Positions 35,623 through 37,898 of a stretch of DNA of 37,898 bases are shown in pieces; position 1 is the stretch's first letter; each line of letters opens with the position of its first letter. The DNA lies in NCBI RefSeq assembly GCF_006345805.1, contig NW_021832754.1, positions 1 to 37,898 on the forward strand. The letters are read 5' to 3'. Made by a program: the position numbers and the translations under genes. The stretch is from Octopus sinensis. Lineage: Eukaryota. The notes under the pieces are model-generated. The model was given only the letters and a program-made list of their open reading frames with translations, was not told the DNA's origin and did not search any database.

Positions 35623-35846
35623 AAATGCTTCTATTGTATAATTCAAAATTTTATTTTGCTTATGTGGCACCTTTGCATGCTAGTGTATAGTTTAAACATA
35701 GTTCTTATATGCATCAGACTTGGTGATTCGATTTTGCTTCAGAAGTGACGCGAGTACATGACGTTGAGAAGTCGCAACAATGTCCTGAAACGCGAGCTGT
35801 TGCTCTCGCGGTCACTTTTGACGCAATTCTGTTTTGTCAAACTCTG

Positions 35847-35877
<31 letters not shown>

Positions 35878-36001
35878 TTTATGTGTGTATGTATGTATGA
35901 TTGTATGTATGTATGTATTTCTCTCTCTCTTTCTCTCTCTTTCTCTCTCTCCCTCTCTCTCTCTCCCCCTCTCTCTCTGTATATCTATATATATATGTAT
36001 G

Positions 36002-36227
36002 TTCTTTTACTATTTCACTTGTTTCAGTCATTTGAAAGCGGCCATGTTCGAGCGCCGCCTTTAGCCGAACAAATCGACCCCAGGACTTATTCTTTGTAAG
36101 CCTAGTACTTATTCTATCGGACTCCTTTCCCGAACCGGAGACGTAAACACACCAACATCTATATCTATAGATATAGATACACAGATACACAAATACATAT
36201 ATAGTACATATACACACATACATTTAT

Positions 36228-36270
<43 letters not shown>

Positions 36271-36386
36271 ATATATATATAAGTATATGTATATATATAT
36301 ATATATTATATATATACACGGTGGGCTTCTTTTCAGTTTCCGTCTACCAATCCACTCACAAGACTTTAGTCGGCCCGAGGCTATAG
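36002..36386 (-). mobile_element. Family C SINE, 5'-truncated
   Basis: Reverse complement of ~15860-16190 (gggcttcttttcagtttccgtctacca; aaatcgaccccaggacttattctttgtaagcc). Confidence 0.9.
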
Positions 36387-36439
36387 TCTACTAGTGTATA
36401 GTTTAACGCTATTCTTATATGCATCAGACTTGGTGTCTT

Positions 36440-37898
36440 TAGACTTGAGGCCAGAAGGGTGCCAAGAGTAGACCAATCGGGAAAAGGTGGATTTGGAAGC
36501 TAAAGAATCCTTCACATGGTCAGAGATTTAGGGACATCCTCACTGAGAAATTTGATGAAAGGGAGGAGGATCTACAAACCTCGGACATAGAGAGTAGCTT
36601 ACTGAGTGCCAAAGACCAAGTCTGCGGATGATGCAAAGTCCTTTCAGACCTAGTGTAACGTGGTGGAGGAACAATACGGTAGACAAAGCCATTAGAGCAA
36701 AGAAACAGGTATGGAATGCCCGGAAGAGTCGGGGTAGGAGGGAACTGTGCCACATATCCAAAAGGGAAGCTGGGCGAAAGGTATACATAGCCAAAGGGGA
36801 AGCAGAAAACAAGTTTGTCAATGTCCAGCGACGCGAGGACCAAAGAACTGAAGTATTTTGGATTGCAAGACTGTGTGAAACAAAACTGTGATGTCACGGG
36901 AGAGAAATGCGTCCGCAAGAATGATGGCGCACTTGCTTTTAATGATTCGGAAAAGAAAGAGGCTTGGAGAAGTCATTATGAAAGACTGCTGAACATATAG
37001 AATGAATGGGAGGAGGAGAGCCTGCCAAATGTTGACCCAGTAGAGGTACCAGCTATCCGAATAGACAGCACTCAAGTAGATAAAGCAATTAAAAGTATGA
37101 ATCCAAGAAAAGCCCCCGCCCCATCAGGAATCACTGCTGAGATGCTTAAAGCATCTGGTCGTGTGGGCTATGGCTTAGTTACCTGTATTGTAAACCAGGT
37201 AGTTCATGATGGAGTCATTTCCGCTACCTAGGAGACCAAGTCAATTGTTGGGGTGGATGCTCTGAGAGTGTTACCACTAGAATAAGAATTGCCTGGGCAA
37301 AGTTCAGACAGCTTCCTACTGGTGACAAAGGGCCTCTCGCTCAGAGTGAAAGGTAGATTGTACGATGCATGTGTTCGAGCTGCCATGCTTCATGGCAGTG
37401 AAACAAGGGCCGTGACTGCTGAAGACAAGTGTAGGCTCAAACCAAATGAAGCTGCATGATCCGCTAGATATGTAATGTCAGTGTGCACACACGACAGAGC
37501 GTAAGCGCCCTGAGAGAAATGTTGGACATAAGAAGCATTGGATGTGGCGTGCAAGAGAGACGTTTGCATTGGTATGGTCATGTACTGCGGATGGATGAGG
37601 TGAGCTGTGTGAAGAAGTGCCACTCCCAAACAGTTAAAAGAAACGGGGGTAGAGGGACACCCAGGAAGACATGGGATGAGGTGGTGAAGCATGATCTTCG
37701 AACGTTGCGCCTCATAGAGGAAATGATGACAGACAGAGACCTCTGGAGATATGTTGTGACTGAGAAGACCCAGCAAATAAAGTGAGATCACAGCTGTAGC
37801 CTACACCAGTGTCTCATAACTAGCGAACTCAAAAAGTACCCTCGGATGTAGGGAGACATGTCGTGCTTGAGGAGACCTGCTGAATCAAGTACATCACA
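36440..37898 (+). mobile_element. RTE-clade LINE, degenerate, with the RT core deleted at ~37221
   Basis: VTWWRNNTVDKAIRAKKQ; KAPAPSGITAEMLK; jump to RYLGDQ...RIRIAWAKFRQL; KGRLYDACVRAAMLHGSET; RRLHWYGHVLRMD...GRGTPRKTWDEVVKHDL (ORF 37483..37785). Confidence 0.9.

Noticed and set aside
35113-35748. 211-aa ORF and other IY/CV/HT/LS-rich ORFs throughout the window
   Set aside because: Stop-free microsatellite translations, not genes.

Overview
This is AT-rich, microsatellite-dense eukaryotic non-coding DNA. I found no supportable host-gene exon, and most ORFs in the track are simple-repeat artefacts. The three tRNA-derived SINE families look like those of Octopus (coleoid cephalopod); this is recognition from memory, not a search result. 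The window is a mosaic of decayed mobile elements: a near-full-length R4/Dong-type RLE retrotransposon flanked by (CATA)n, a Ty3/Gypsy element, RTE LINE fragments, a hAT/Buster transposon, a Chapaev3-like transposon, a Helitron helicase fragment, a mariner remnant, many SINEs and several Penelope-like (PLE) terminal repeats sitting in (TA)n. The most notable observation is a recurrent RNA motif (5 copies, 3 divergent sequence types). It carries the full hammerhead ribozyme core (CUGANGA, GAAA, NUH) with co-varying helices I and III, but the three core strands run in the reverse of the canonical order and are held by an extra pseudoknot helix. Two copies bracket a 794-nt non-coding retrozyme-like unit. 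Catalytic activity and novelty are untested inferences.
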